Assembly: GCF_001194135.2 (NCBI RefSeq) | Contig: NC_068981.1 | Location: 52,214,978-52,274,791 of the forward strand | Direction of reading: 5' to 3' | From: Octopus bimaculoides | Lineage: Eukaryota | Length of the DNA stretch: 59,814 nt | Shown: piece by piece, positions 24,185 through 36,536 of the stretch | Layout: every line of letters starts with the position of its first letter | Numbering within the stretch: position 1 is the stretch's first letter | Notes under the pieces: generated by a model | What the model was told of the DNA's origin: nothing | The model's database searches: none | What the model saw: only the letters and a program-made list of their open reading frames with translations | Position numbers and translations under genes: made by a program

Positions 24185-24547
24185 AGGCGCAGGTGTGGCT
24201 GTGTGGTAAGAAGCTAGCTTCCCAATCACATGGTTCCGGGTTCAGTCCCACTGCGTGGCACCTTGGGTAAATGTCTTCTACTATAGACTCGGGCCAACCA
24301 AAGCCTTATGAGTGGATTTGATAGAGGTAAAGAAGCCCATCGTATATATATGTGTGTGCGCGTGAGTATGTGTACGTGTGCGTGAGTGTGTGTGTGTCTT
24401 TATGTCTATGTTCGTCCCCCACCGTAATTTGGAATAAGTATCAGGCTTTTTAAAAAAATGAGTACTTGGGTCGATTCGTTCGACTAAAATTCTTCAAGGC
24501 AGTGCCACGGCATGGCCGCAGTCTAATGGCTGAAACAATTAAGATAT
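24185..24547 (+). mobile_element. SINE family A, near full length
   Basis: tRNA-like head ggcgcaggtgtggctgtgtggtaagaagc...ggttcagtcccactgcg, central (TG) tract, and 3' gcatggccgcagtctaatggctgaaaca. Confidence 0.85.
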
Positions 24548-25038
24548 AACATATATATATATATAGTTAATTCGAGGAAGTTAAGTCCTCATTAGGGGTT
24601 ATATAGTCCAATGTATTCCACTGGTTTAATCCGTATCATATAATGGTAAAGTCGTTGGTATATGTTTAGAATCATTGAAATTCTTAATATTGAGGGTAAA
24701 AGAAAAAGAAAATGGAGAATAAATGGATGTAATTACTAATTCATTTGCATGTTGTAGAAAGACGACGTTTTTTTTTCTTCTTTTGAAGAAAACATAAATA
24801 AATAAGTAAACTGATTGGAAATTGAAATGTATGTTTATTTTCTGCCCATATATATATGCTCAATTAAAATACGTATGAACCAATATATACTTGACATTTC
24901 CTCTCCTATTTTCGTTAACTTCTTAAGTGTATGCAAATACGCACCTTACATACCCTAATCAATAACGGTCGATAAGTAAGCCCCACTGGTCAAGCATTAC
25001 AACGGCTGTTTTTCAAATTTCTATCCATCCTGAATCAT

Positions 25039-25419
25039 TGTTGGCACTCCGTCGCTTACGACGTGGAGGGTTCCAGTTGATCCGATCAACGGAACAGCCT
25101 GCTCGTGAAATTAACGTGCAAGTGGCTGAGCACTCCACAGACACGTGTACCCTTAACGTAGTTCTCGGGGATATTCAGCGTAACACAGTGTGACAAGGCT
25201 GACCCTTTGAATTACAGGCACAACAGAAACAGGAAGTAAAAGTGAGAGGAAGTTGTGGTGAAAGAGTACAGCAGGGTTCGCCACCATCCCCTGCCGGAGC
25301 CTCGTAGAGCTTTAGGTGTTTTCGCTCAATAAACACTCACAAGGCTCGGTCTGTGAATCGAAACCGCGATCCTATGACCGCGAGTCCGCTGCCCTAACCA
25401 CTGGGCCATTGCGCCTCCA
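25039..25419 (-). mobile_element. SINE family C, full length, 14-bp target site duplication
   Basis: Head (reverse complement) tggaggcgcaatggcccagtggttagggc...ggtttcgattc has A- and B-box-like motifs. TSD ccatcctgaatcat lies at 25025-25038 and 25420-25433. Confidence 0.9.
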
Positions 25420-26122
25420 CCATCCTGAATCATGACACATATGTATCTCTCACTAAACCAATAAGAATCATCCATAGAATTTAGTTTCTTCTTATGTTTA
25501 ATTTATTATACATTACATTACATTTTATTCTTATTTCACTTTATTTCATGTCTTAATGTTCTGTCACCTTTTTGATTTATTATATGTGATTTATTATAAT
25601 CACATTTATTACATTTGCATACTTATTTCCTCTTATTTATTTATTAATTCATTTCCAATTTATTTGTCCGTTTACTAATTATGATATCTTTTGTACAAGT
25701 ATATAGTATATCCACAAATGTTCAAAACCTACCAATCGAATAAAAAAAAATCTCGAAACATAGCTTTTAACTTTAAGTTGCTAACACTGTATACTTCCCT
25801 CAAAAGATATAATGATCACCTAAGTTGCGTTAGCTCTTTTTGAGACCTGAAGAAGTCCTATCATAATATAGTATGAATGTGGCAACTTCTTTGGCATTAA
25901 ACAACATGCTTCGAGATTCCCATCAACTAAATTACTCGACAAAAACATATATGTAGGTTCTTACGTTTTTCTTAACTTTTTTGAGCTTTCAATTTCCAGT
26001 CAATTCATTTATTTATTTGTAATGTTTTTTCAAAAAAAGTCATCTTTCTACAACATGCAAATAAATCAGTAATTACATTCATTTATTCTTCATTTTCTTC
26101 TCCTTGTTTTTCCATATATATA

Positions 26123-26158
<36 letters not shown>

Positions 26159-26681
26159 TGTATGTATGGATGGATGGATGGATGGATGGATGGATGTATT
26201 ATATACGTAGCCAATTGGCTGAGACGTTTGCTTCATAACCACGAGTTTGTGAGTTTCATCCCAATGCGTAGAATGTTGGGCAAATGTCATTTTCTATAGT
26301 CTCGAATCGACCCTTTTGAATGAAATTAAGAACATGTATCCGTGGAACGCTCATGTTAATTCAAGGGCAGGCAATTCAGTTAATCAAACAACTGAATCAT
26401 CATCTTCGAACGACGGAAATCAGCCATCACACACACACACCTATTATAATTATGCACGAACGTTTTCGATGTTTCGGCAAGGTCAGCCAGTCCGACGATG
26501 ACCTAGCTGGCCGAAACTTCGAAGTTATTGTCAACAACGTTCTTGTTTAAGAATAATAAATTTGTACTCTACAAAAGTATAGTTACCCACCAGACTGATG
26601 TAAAATTATTTTTATTATAATTGAACATAAGTACAACCATTAATATATACATATAATATAGATATATATATATATATATAT

Positions 26682-26773
<92 letters not shown>

Positions 26774-27552
26774 ATCATTCCTTAGTGTAACGTGACTTTT
26801 TTTTCAATTCTGAATCACTACAACTTTGTAATCTGAAGTTTGAATCAGTCTCGAGAGAGTTGCTAGGTCACAAGAGAAATTATAAGAACTGCGGCACTGA
26901 AGCAATATGGATGGGAGTTGTTTTGTGTTGTCTTTTCACATGCGGCCGATTATGTACACTATCACTCTGTTTACTTTTAATATTTTTATGGTTAAATAAC
27001 CATTGTGTAAACACGACAAGAACACTTACTTTTACTAGTGTCAATTATACGACTTTTTTCCAATCAGATCCTATCATTTTTTAAGTACGCACTCTCTGGG
27101 CTCTTAGTCCGGCAATCTTGTGAGGAATACAACAAATATAAGTACAACAAATGTATTGGAAAACTATAGTGAAGAAATTAAAGGAGTAAAATATTTGTTT
27201 TCGAAAACCATTGCTTATGTGGAGATAATGGCGTATCCATTATCCCCACCTACGACAAAGTTATTTTCAATGACATTGAGAGGTTTAGTGTTGTTTACAA
27301 TGTTTCATCCTATATAATGTCTTCCATCACCAACTTTATATTCTCCAACAGTTGTATCTAGCATAATAAATAGAAAGCCTCTATTTACCTATTTATCTAA
27401 CATCAAATATAGTGTACTTTTTAAATCTTCCATCTAAAATTAAAATCGTTTCTGTGATTAAAACAAAAAAGAATTGCCTTTTTTATTGATTGATGTTACT
27501 ACTGTTTTATTATTGTAGTTCTGGTAATTGTGGTTGTGGTTGATGATGATGA

Positions 27553-27585
<33 letters not shown>

Positions 27586-28342
27586 TGATGATGATGACGA
27601 TGATATAGCTGCTGCTACTGTTGTTGTTGTTGTTGTTAATCTTTTCGTTTGTTAATACTTTTGATTTTTACCAACAAAAATAAATGAAACGAGAATCATT
27701 TTAAGTGCTAGTGATGGTAAAATTTTACTTTTCATTAATTCAAACAATGCCTTCAGTAATATTTTCCAGCTTTTTCCTACTGGTTTTGCGTCTAAATTAA
27801 GTATAAGGAGATTTTCTTGACTAACACTAATGGATTTGTATGCAGGCTTATCCTATCAGATTTGCTGCAGTTGCCATATCTATCTCAAAAAATAATAATA
27901 AAGCAAACATTATGTTCCATTTTGAAATCTTATTTGCGTCTTGATATGTTTACTCAATCTGGGCATGTGTAACTCTTTATATGTTTTCGCGTCGATATGT
28001 CAACCATCAATAAATAACAACTTATTTGGAATCCTTCTGCACATCTTATATTCATTCTGTTGTACCAACAGACTTAATGTAGAGAACTATGACATTTTAA
28101 TTAATAAATTTCATAGTCCCGGTGATTGAGAAAAATAACTATGTTAATGGCTAATCCTGGTCGGAAAATCATTGGCAACAACTCTGAACTTTTAATTAAA
28201 ATTAAGTAAAATAAAATGCAGTAGTGAGTGAATCTGGATGAGATTTCATAAAACCGAAACATATCTGAAGTTGTCAAAGGTTAGACTCACTCATCATTAG
28301 ACTTTATTTCTAATTAGATTAATTTATATTCTGAGATTGTTT

Positions 28343-28755
28343 GTGGCTGTGTGGTAAGTAGCTTGCTTACCAACCACATGGTTCCTGGTTCAGTCCCACT
28401 GCGTGGCACCTTGGGCAAGTGTCTTCTGCTATAGCCTCGGGCCGACCAAAGCCTTGTGAGTTAATTTGGTAGACGGAAACTGAAAGAAGCCCGTCGTGTA
28501 TACGTATATATATATATGTGTGTGTGTGTGTGTATGTTTGTGTCTGTCTTTGTCCCCCTCCCCAACATCGCTACACAACCGATGGTGGTGTGTTTACGTC
28601 CCCGTAACTTAGCGGTTCGGCAAAAGAGACCGATAGAATAAGTACTAGACTTACAAAGAATAAGTCTTGGGGGTCGATTTGCTCGACTAATAGGCCGTGC
28701 TCCAGCATGGTTGCAGTCAAATGATTGAAACAAGTAAAAGTACAAGATAAAAGAA
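28343..28755 (+). mobile_element. SINE family A, near full length, well preserved
   Basis: gtggctgtgtggtaagtagcttgcttaccaaccacatggttcctggttcagtcccactgcg...gattgaaacaagtaaaag. Confidence 0.85.
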
Positions 28756-31194
28756 TTGCCTTTCTTAACTAAAGCTAATATTTAGATAATGACTATTTCT
28801 CTCACTGTAATTTTAATTAATCAAAATTTTTTACTCACATTAAATATGTGAGCATTCACTTTATTAGTCATTTTCGTGCAGCAGGCGTTTCTAGGTATTT
28901 TCTCCAATCGTTCTTATGTTCAATATACTTACTATATAGTTGCTCATAGTGATCTTTCTGTAGTTCACATTTTCTTCAAAGTGACTTGCCAGGCAAAACA
29001 TTTGAAAGTGTCACACTGGTGTAAAAAGACTGTTGAATTCCTGTCTCTTCAAATTCAATTAATCTAAAACAAAATTGACAATAATTTCTGAAGACGTCTT
29101 TCTACGATGTTTTTTACACATCTATGGTGTTTTTACTAAAACAGATAAAAGTTTGTTTCGTCCATAATGTAAAATATTTGGGAATCTATCACAATTTCTA
29201 TTGAACTTCTGTGTGGGTGATAGAAACGGTTGACATCTCATTATCGCAATGTTTTCTCATGTTTTAGCCAAAAAGATGTCTATTTTTCTAAGACTTAACT
29301 GCAATTAAAGGAAGGCCTAATGAGAATTAACATTCATTATTGCCAAGAATGTGACACAACCATATCCGAAGGCCCAGTCTTTGGCAACACAACAATAATA
29401 ATAATAATAACAATACTGAGTTTCAATAACTGTGTCAATTTGAAATCTGAAACATTTGCTTTCTTTTCCTCAGGGGCAGCTAAAACTGTTCGTATGTTTG
29501 TATCCTTGGGTAATTGAGAATTTCTTGGTTAATTCCAAAGCAGAATTTTGTTTTGTATAGTGGCATAATTAAGTCAAACATTAATAAATGGTTCCCATAA
29601 TACTGTGCTCGGTCTGAAATTCTACATTCGAAGTCGTGTGAATGTTACTGATCGTTAAAGATTGTTAAATACTGTCATACAAAACTTTTCCGATAAAATA
29701 TTTATTTGAGGATACCATTCTAAATTGTATAGGTGTCATGAAAAGATATATAACTGTCTTCATATTATCGGTATGTGTTGTTATTTATAATCTACTTCGT
29801 TGAAAGTCTCACCAATATTCATGACAGATTTTGGAATTATAAATACAATTTAAAAGTTTTTCCTTTTTAAAACATTTTAAAACATTTTTAAGGTTTTCCG
29901 ATTAGAATAATCTTGTTGATCTTCGTCTATCTCGCACACATTAAGTACTAACTATTCAATTATTTCTTTGTACTACGAGTAACGCATACTGAACTATAAT
30001 AATCGACATCATTTTCATTCTGTTTTGACTTAAAGTAATTGTAGTACTTTACAAATATAATATCTTCGCTCAGTTTATAGGTGTATTCAACAGTTGGCTA
30101 GCTGTTATACACTGCGCAATACAGAAGATAGCAAATGGGTGAGGCTCCTTATTAGCAATAATTATATTCCTTTTGCTATGAAAGTACACGGAGTTAAATA
30201 TAAAAATGAGTTTTATGTATATTAGTATTATATTATGTACCCCACCCCTGTTTACATAACTGCAAGAAATAATTTCCAGAACTACTGAGTAACTTCTAAT
30301 AAACTGGCGTTCCTTCCACGTGACAGGAAAATCTTTTGTCTCTCACCTGTTGAATATTACAGATATAGAGATTAAATATTGTTCCTATGAACTACAGAGA
30401 TTTGTAGGTTTACCTTTTTAACTGGATTTGGGCATGATCAAAACAAGCGAATGTATTAGAAATATATTTACTCCTCTCTACCGATTCCGCCAATACTCAT
30501 CGCTGTCGACCAACGTATTATATGCAAATCAGAACAATTGTTAATGTATCCTGAAGCTCTTGCTATATATAGTGGTTTTGATGAAAGGTTCCGTGGCTGG
30601 TCGAGGAATAGTTATACACCTATGAAGAGGGGTAGTTATCCCGAAACAAATCCATAAGAAAAGTCTCGATTTTTTTTTTTTTTTTACATTACTCAAAAGG
30701 ACAATAGGATGTTTTTACATCGTCTCAATCTACACAGATTTATCTACATAAGAGTCGTTTGAGATATTCTGAATTCCATTGTGTTCTTTATAAATATATA
30801 TTAAGAATAATTGTTTCTTACTTAACCATAAGACCTGAAATCTAGGCGAAGAGGCTGTAGTCTATTAAATTAAATTAAATACTATTTATTTTATCGAAAG
30901 GCAAGTTTGATCCCAGCAGAATATGAATCCACAGCCACATTATAACAAATTTAGAGAGTAAGAATACAAGTAAATTCAATCGATGTCTTTTCTTATTGCT
31001 ATTTTAAATTGTCTTTGTGAACGTTCAAACCAAACAAAAATATTACGAATATATCTATTCTGCTAAAGGTTTTTCATTTGTGTATTTTATCTTATGCATT
31101 GCTAAAAGAATGGACTAAATACTAAAGAGAGCTGCTAAGTACTAGAAGGTACTCAAAATGGAACACTTATTGAAATCATCAACTTCATGCTGTG

Positions 31195-31266
<72 letters not shown>

Positions 31267-34138
31267 NNNNNNNNNNNNNNNNNNNNNNNNNNNNNNNNNN
31301 NNNNNNNNNNNNNNNNNNNNNNNNNNNNNNNNNNNNNNNNNNNNNNNNNNNNNNNNNNNNNNNNNNNNNNNNNNNNNNNNNNNNNNNNNNNNNNNNNNNN
31401 NNNNNNNNNNNNNNNNNNNNNNNNNNNNNNNNNNNNNNNNNNNNNNNNNNNNNNNNNNNNNNNTGTCTTTGTCTTTTGTTTTCTGTACATTTGAAACCCC
31501 TACCACCACCACCATATATATATATATATATATAATACAGACAGGCAGACAGGCAGGCAGGCAGATAGACAGACATATACATGTTTACATACTTTTTTAC
31601 ATACTTGTGTATATATGCATACTTGTTTGCATATGTAAAGTCTCGGCTGGCTCAGGTCATCTCACTTCACATTATGGAGGATTTAACTTGACACATTAGG
31701 CGAACGAAACATTTGTCAAATAAATAATGTTCCCACTTCTATGCTGTCTGTTTTAGTGACTTTGCTAGATGTGCAGCGTATTGCCATTAACAGGATACGA
31801 ATCTTCGTTCCTTCGCTTATAAATCCTGTATTGTAGTATTGGGCAGTAGTGGTAGCTGTGGTGGAGTTCATTTTTGTTTTTACTTTTTTTATTTTGTTTT
31901 CTTTCAACGATCAGAATTCACCAGGAAACAAACAAATAATATAAACTTCGAAAAATATTTCATCATTTTCTCTTCTCTTTTTTCTACACCCGAGAAAATG
32001 ACATCTATTTTTGTATCTAAACAGAAAAAAAAAGGGTGAATACAGTACGAACTGCTCAAACGAAACTGTTATTAATCCAAAGATTCCTATCGTGTAAAAC
32101 GAGTGTTAAGATAGAAATTTTTGACAAAACATGTGTTAAGATGGAACGTTTATCAATGAAATCGATCTATACTGGATTTTGGTATTTACCTTCATATATT
32201 ATCGATTTAAGAGTCAAGATCAACAAAATAAATGCTACTTCTTTGATTGAAGAATTCTGTATGAGAGAGAAAATAATAGAAAGCTTGAATTTATTATAGG
32301 ATCAGTGAGAGTAACTATAAAGAATAAAGCTGTCTATTGATTTATAATGGCAGCAATGACGCACATATTTCATTGGAAATGTATAAAACAGAATATGGTC
32401 GGTGTGTGCGTATGCTTAATAAATTATATAGATGTTTTCAATGAAGAATATAGGTGTCATTGATTGTATTATGTAGGTGTGATGTGTGAATTGCAATATG
32501 ATATGTGTAGGAAATAGTAGAATATATATGTAGGTTCATATACACATAAATACATAATATATAGATAGATAGATGTGTGTGCATGTATATCTATTTTGTG
32601 TGCATATATATACTGATGAATATAAAAAAATGTATGCGCATACGTGTGCATGTGTATCTATGTGTTGGCGATGCCTTTCATCCTCCTAGCTACATATAAT
32701 GAAAAACAAACATGTTATCCCTTTATGAATCACAAGGAGTCATAGGACCGATTATCAACTCCAGTTTCTGTTGCATTTAGTGAATGAAAGCCAGACCTAC
32801 TGTACGTGTCCCTATTGTATGACAGATAACTTTCCATAGAAAGCTTATTTTATAGTTTATTGAGAGAAGAATGACCTTTTGTCCATGACCTTTTTGGAGA
32901 ACCTCTGAGACTGGTAGACAGAAATAAACTGGGGACTCGGTGCGAATGCTGCAACAGTGTGGACTCTACTGAAGAAACCCAATGGCTTGTTAACTATTTA
33001 AAATCAGATAACGGGTTAATTTATATTCCGCACAAATAAGTAATTAGAGGTAATATGTATTTAAATGCTCTCTTCATAACCATAAGAGCCTGAAACAGAT
33101 AAAATAATTACCAGGAAATTATAAGGTATCTTTCTACGTGGTCAAAAAGTTGTTAAACAAAATAGTAAAGATGTCTGAACCAAGCAAAGTGATGAAGATG
33201 ACTAAATATCATTTCTACTATCCCAGTGATCAAGAAAGTGGGTTATTTATATCATTTAATTCAGTAATTCATTATTCTGTGTTCAAATCATTCTGCCAAA
33301 GTCAATTGTCCCTTTCTTTCACTTAAAATTAATCAATTAGCAAATATTGGTGTGGTAGAGTCGAGTTGATCCACTATAATTCAGATCTACAAAAGTTGGT
33401 TTTAACCCAAGCTAAATAAGCGAGAAGATATTTTCCGAAATAGTTAGTTTCTTTAAGAGGTGTAAGTTCATAATCAGCTTAGATCGTGTTTTCTCTCCAG
33501 GCAGGGAAATTGACTCTTCAAAAGGAACATAGACTTTAAACTCTAGTAAATTTAATTACATATCGCTCTTCAAACATTAACTCAATAATTTCTGTCTGTC
33601 TTTTGCTTCTTATTATCGACACTGAATCACTATCATGATTTTATTATATAACAAGTGATACCTTCATAAAGTTACATCTTTACACAAATATTTCCCTGTC
33701 TATATACTACATCCAGATAAAAAGTAAAAGAAAACCAGTACATAAAACAGATGATAACTGAACTAAACTTTTGATTAACTAGAATATATATGGAAAATAA
33801 GGCTCTTCAGCAATCTATGAAGATCTATTTTTAAAAATGAAGAAACATAAAAACTCGTTAAATAACATTGCATATAATATTTACGTTTCTTTTAAATTTT
33901 TGCTGTTTGTTAGATAAATTTATGTGTGTATGTATATGCATATATATATATAAGAGGGCGAAGATAAATTTGTCACAATTGTTTCTGTGGTACTTCATTT
34001 CATGTAAATGAAACGTTGCATGTAAATTATTCTGTGTAAAAAAAAATGACGCAACATCTGCTTGAATGTGTCGGAGTAATAGTTCGAATGAGCATTAATT
34101 TGTCCAAAAAATATGTTTGACATCGAAATAAGATAATG

Positions 34139-34201
<63 letters not shown>

Positions 34202-34224
34202 TTAATAATATCACTCAACTACCA

Positions 34225-34415
34225 GCATGGCTGAAAAGATCGGTGCTGATTTTTGTAGGTAGAACACCTACAAAAATCAGCATTGCTTGGAATTGCAAGA
34301 GTTCTTCGCAGGGTTCTTGAAGCATGATCAGTAAACAAGTGTCACCTTAGTCTGCTGGCTGTGGACAGCTGACACTTTCCATCATATCCGGCAAAATAAG
34401 CTGTGAGTTTTCATA
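34225..34415 (+). mobile_element. R4/Dong-like (RLE) LINE 3' end, copy 1
   Basis: 34259-34327 reads VEHLQKSALLGIARVLRRVLEA*, the typical QK..LLG.ARILR.VL terminus of R4-clade ORFs. A short 3' UTR and (ATA)n follow. Confidence 0.75.
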
Positions 34416-34435
34416 TAATAATAACGATAATAAAT

Positions 34436-34564
34436 AAATCGGAATAGAGTGCCCAGTAGAATTGTTTCTAAAGGGTTGCTTCCTTGGCACGGCCAGAATA
34501 ATCAGGAAAGTATTGAATAGTTGAAAAGAACAGATAGCATGGTATCGTAGGCTGTAGGCTGAGT

Positions 34565-34614
<50 letters not shown>

Positions 34615-34615
34615 G
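34436..34615 (+). mobile_element. R4/Dong-like LINE 3' end, copy 2 (different family)
   Basis: 34441-34524 reads GIECPVELFLKGCFLGTARIIRKVLNS*. A short 3' UTR and (GAT)n follow. Confidence 0.75.
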
Positions 34616-34743
34616 TAATAGTGATGATGAAGATGAAGATGATCATCATCATCAGATTAAAAAATAAAGCAAAAATTAAAAAATTAAAATAAAGAATGAA
34701 GAATACGATAAGAATAACATTAAAAAAAAACAGAGATAATAAT

Positions 34744-34900
34744 AATGGCTTCAAATTTTGGCATAAAGCCATCGATCCCCAAAGGGATGAAAGACAACGT
34801 TTTCTTCGCTGGAATTTGAAGTCAGAACGTAACGAGTTGGAAGAAATGCCGCTAAACATTTTCTCTGACGAGCTAACGTTTCTTCCAGTTCGTCACCTTA
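34744..34900 (-). mobile_element. SINE family B with internal deletion
   Basis: ggcttcaaattttggcataaagcc is joined to atcgatccccaaagggatgaaag...gaaatgccgctaaacatt...gtcacctta. Confidence 0.7.
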
Positions 34901-36375
34901 ATAGCAACAATAATAATAATTACAACAGGAAACAAAAGTGGTAAGAAAAGAAAATATTAATAACACTACAACTACTTGAATAGTAGAAATAAAGGAAACG
35001 AGGTAATGGTAAGAGGCCAGTATAATGGGCTGTAGTGCAACAGAATTATATCCGATATTAGTTCGAGGTGTAGAGGAAAGTGATGAGGAAAGATTTCCTC
35101 CACTGCTCTTATAAAATGCATATGAGGTTTGACAAAAGAAATGCTATATTGTGATACGACTGGACTCTAGAAGATGACAGATGTTCCTTTAATCGGGTTG
35201 AGGGAGGAGTGAAGAAAAGCGAAAAGAAAAAGAAGGCAAATTATGGGCATAACTTAAAGGTTGATGGAAACACTAAACAAGATTGTAATAATGGATACGT
35301 GTGACGAAATGAAACAGATCTCTGTACATAAGATATATTATGTGAAAATGTGTAAGCGATAAAGACTGACGGAGGAACAAAAACAATAACCGATTTAAGG
35401 GGACCAAGATGAGTAATAAGGGAACAAAAGGAAATGTATGGAGGCAGGGATTCAGTTACGTAACTTGGAAAACTGTAAAAGTAGTCGGAAATGAATAAAG
35501 TCGTGTAAAAGATTAAGGGATTCATGCACCTCGAAATGAAATTTAAAAACAACACTCACAAATAAAGCATTAAGTCAAAAAGAATTGGAATTAAAACAAA
35601 GTTTTTAAAAATATAGGAATGATAAAGTATACAAATGAAACTTTCCAAACAATTAGATAATACATCCTTAAGTATTGAGAATGATATCTCCGAGAATGAT
35701 AACAAAATAACGTTTGTGTGTAAAGGTTAAAATTGAAAAGAGATGGTTTGTAAAGAAAAGTGTTCAGTGAAACCCTTCCACGATTATGAAAAGTAGCGTT
35801 ACTAAATCTTCAGTAAAGAGTAGATTTTATGCTGATGTAAGAGGGGTTAAAATGCGCACCGATGCAGCTCAAGTGACACATATAGAAGTTNNNNNNNNNN
35901 NNNNNNNNNNNNNNNNNNNNNNNNNNNNNNNNNNNNNNNNNNNNNNNNNNNNNNNNNNNNNNNNNNNNNNNNNNNNNNNNNNNNNNNNNNNNNNNNNNNN
36001 NNNNNNNNNNNNNNNNNNNNNNNNNNNNNNNNNNNNNNNNNNNNNNNNNNNNNNNNNNNNNNNNNNNNNNNNNNNNNNNNNNNNNNNNNNNNNNNNNNNN
36101 NNNNNNNNNNNNNNNNNNNNNNNNNNNNNNNNNNNNNNNNNNNNNNNNNNNNNNNNNNNNNNNNNNNNNNNNNNNNNNNNNNNNNNNNNNNNNNNNNNNN
36201 NNNNNNNNNNNNNNNNNNNNNNNNNNNNNNNNNNNNNNNNNNNNNNNNNNNNNNNNNNNNNNNNNNNNNNNNNNNNNNNNNNNNNNNNNNNNNNNNNNNN
36301 NNNNNNNNNNNNNNNNNNNNNNNNNNNNNNNNNNNNNNNNNNNNNNNNNNNNNNNNNNNNNNNNNNNNNNNNNNN

Positions 36376-36536
36376 NGTTCTGAGTTCAAATTCTGCCGAG
36401 GTCGACTTTGCTTTTCATCCTTTCGGGGTCGATAAATTAAGTACCAGTTACACACTGGGGTCGATGTAATCGACTTAATCCCTTTGTCTGTCCCCTCTAT
36501 GTTTAGCCCCTTGTGGGCAATAAAGAAAATAAGAAA
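36376..36536 (+). mobile_element. SINE family B variant with an alternative A-rich 3' tail
   Basis: The B body is followed by tttgtctgtcccctctatgtttagccccttgtgggcaataaagaaaataagaaa, which includes an AATAAA. The 5' end lies in the gap. Confidence 0.8.

Noticed and set aside
25848-25890. Hammerhead-like CTGAAGA-AGTCCTAT…ATAGTAT-GAAT
   Set aside because: GAAA and stem II are both damaged and stems I and III are absent. The similar motif near 28232-28262 was rejected for the same reasons.
27219-27249. 13-bp hairpin as a Helitron 3' terminator
   Set aside because: There is no CTRR at the expected distance on either strand and no link to the Helitron relic 12 kb away.
27250-27365. Minus-strand peptide DTTVGEYKVGDGRHYIG resembling a receptor-phosphatase extracellular motif
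   Set aside because: An in-frame TGA follows immediately and no splice donor precedes it.
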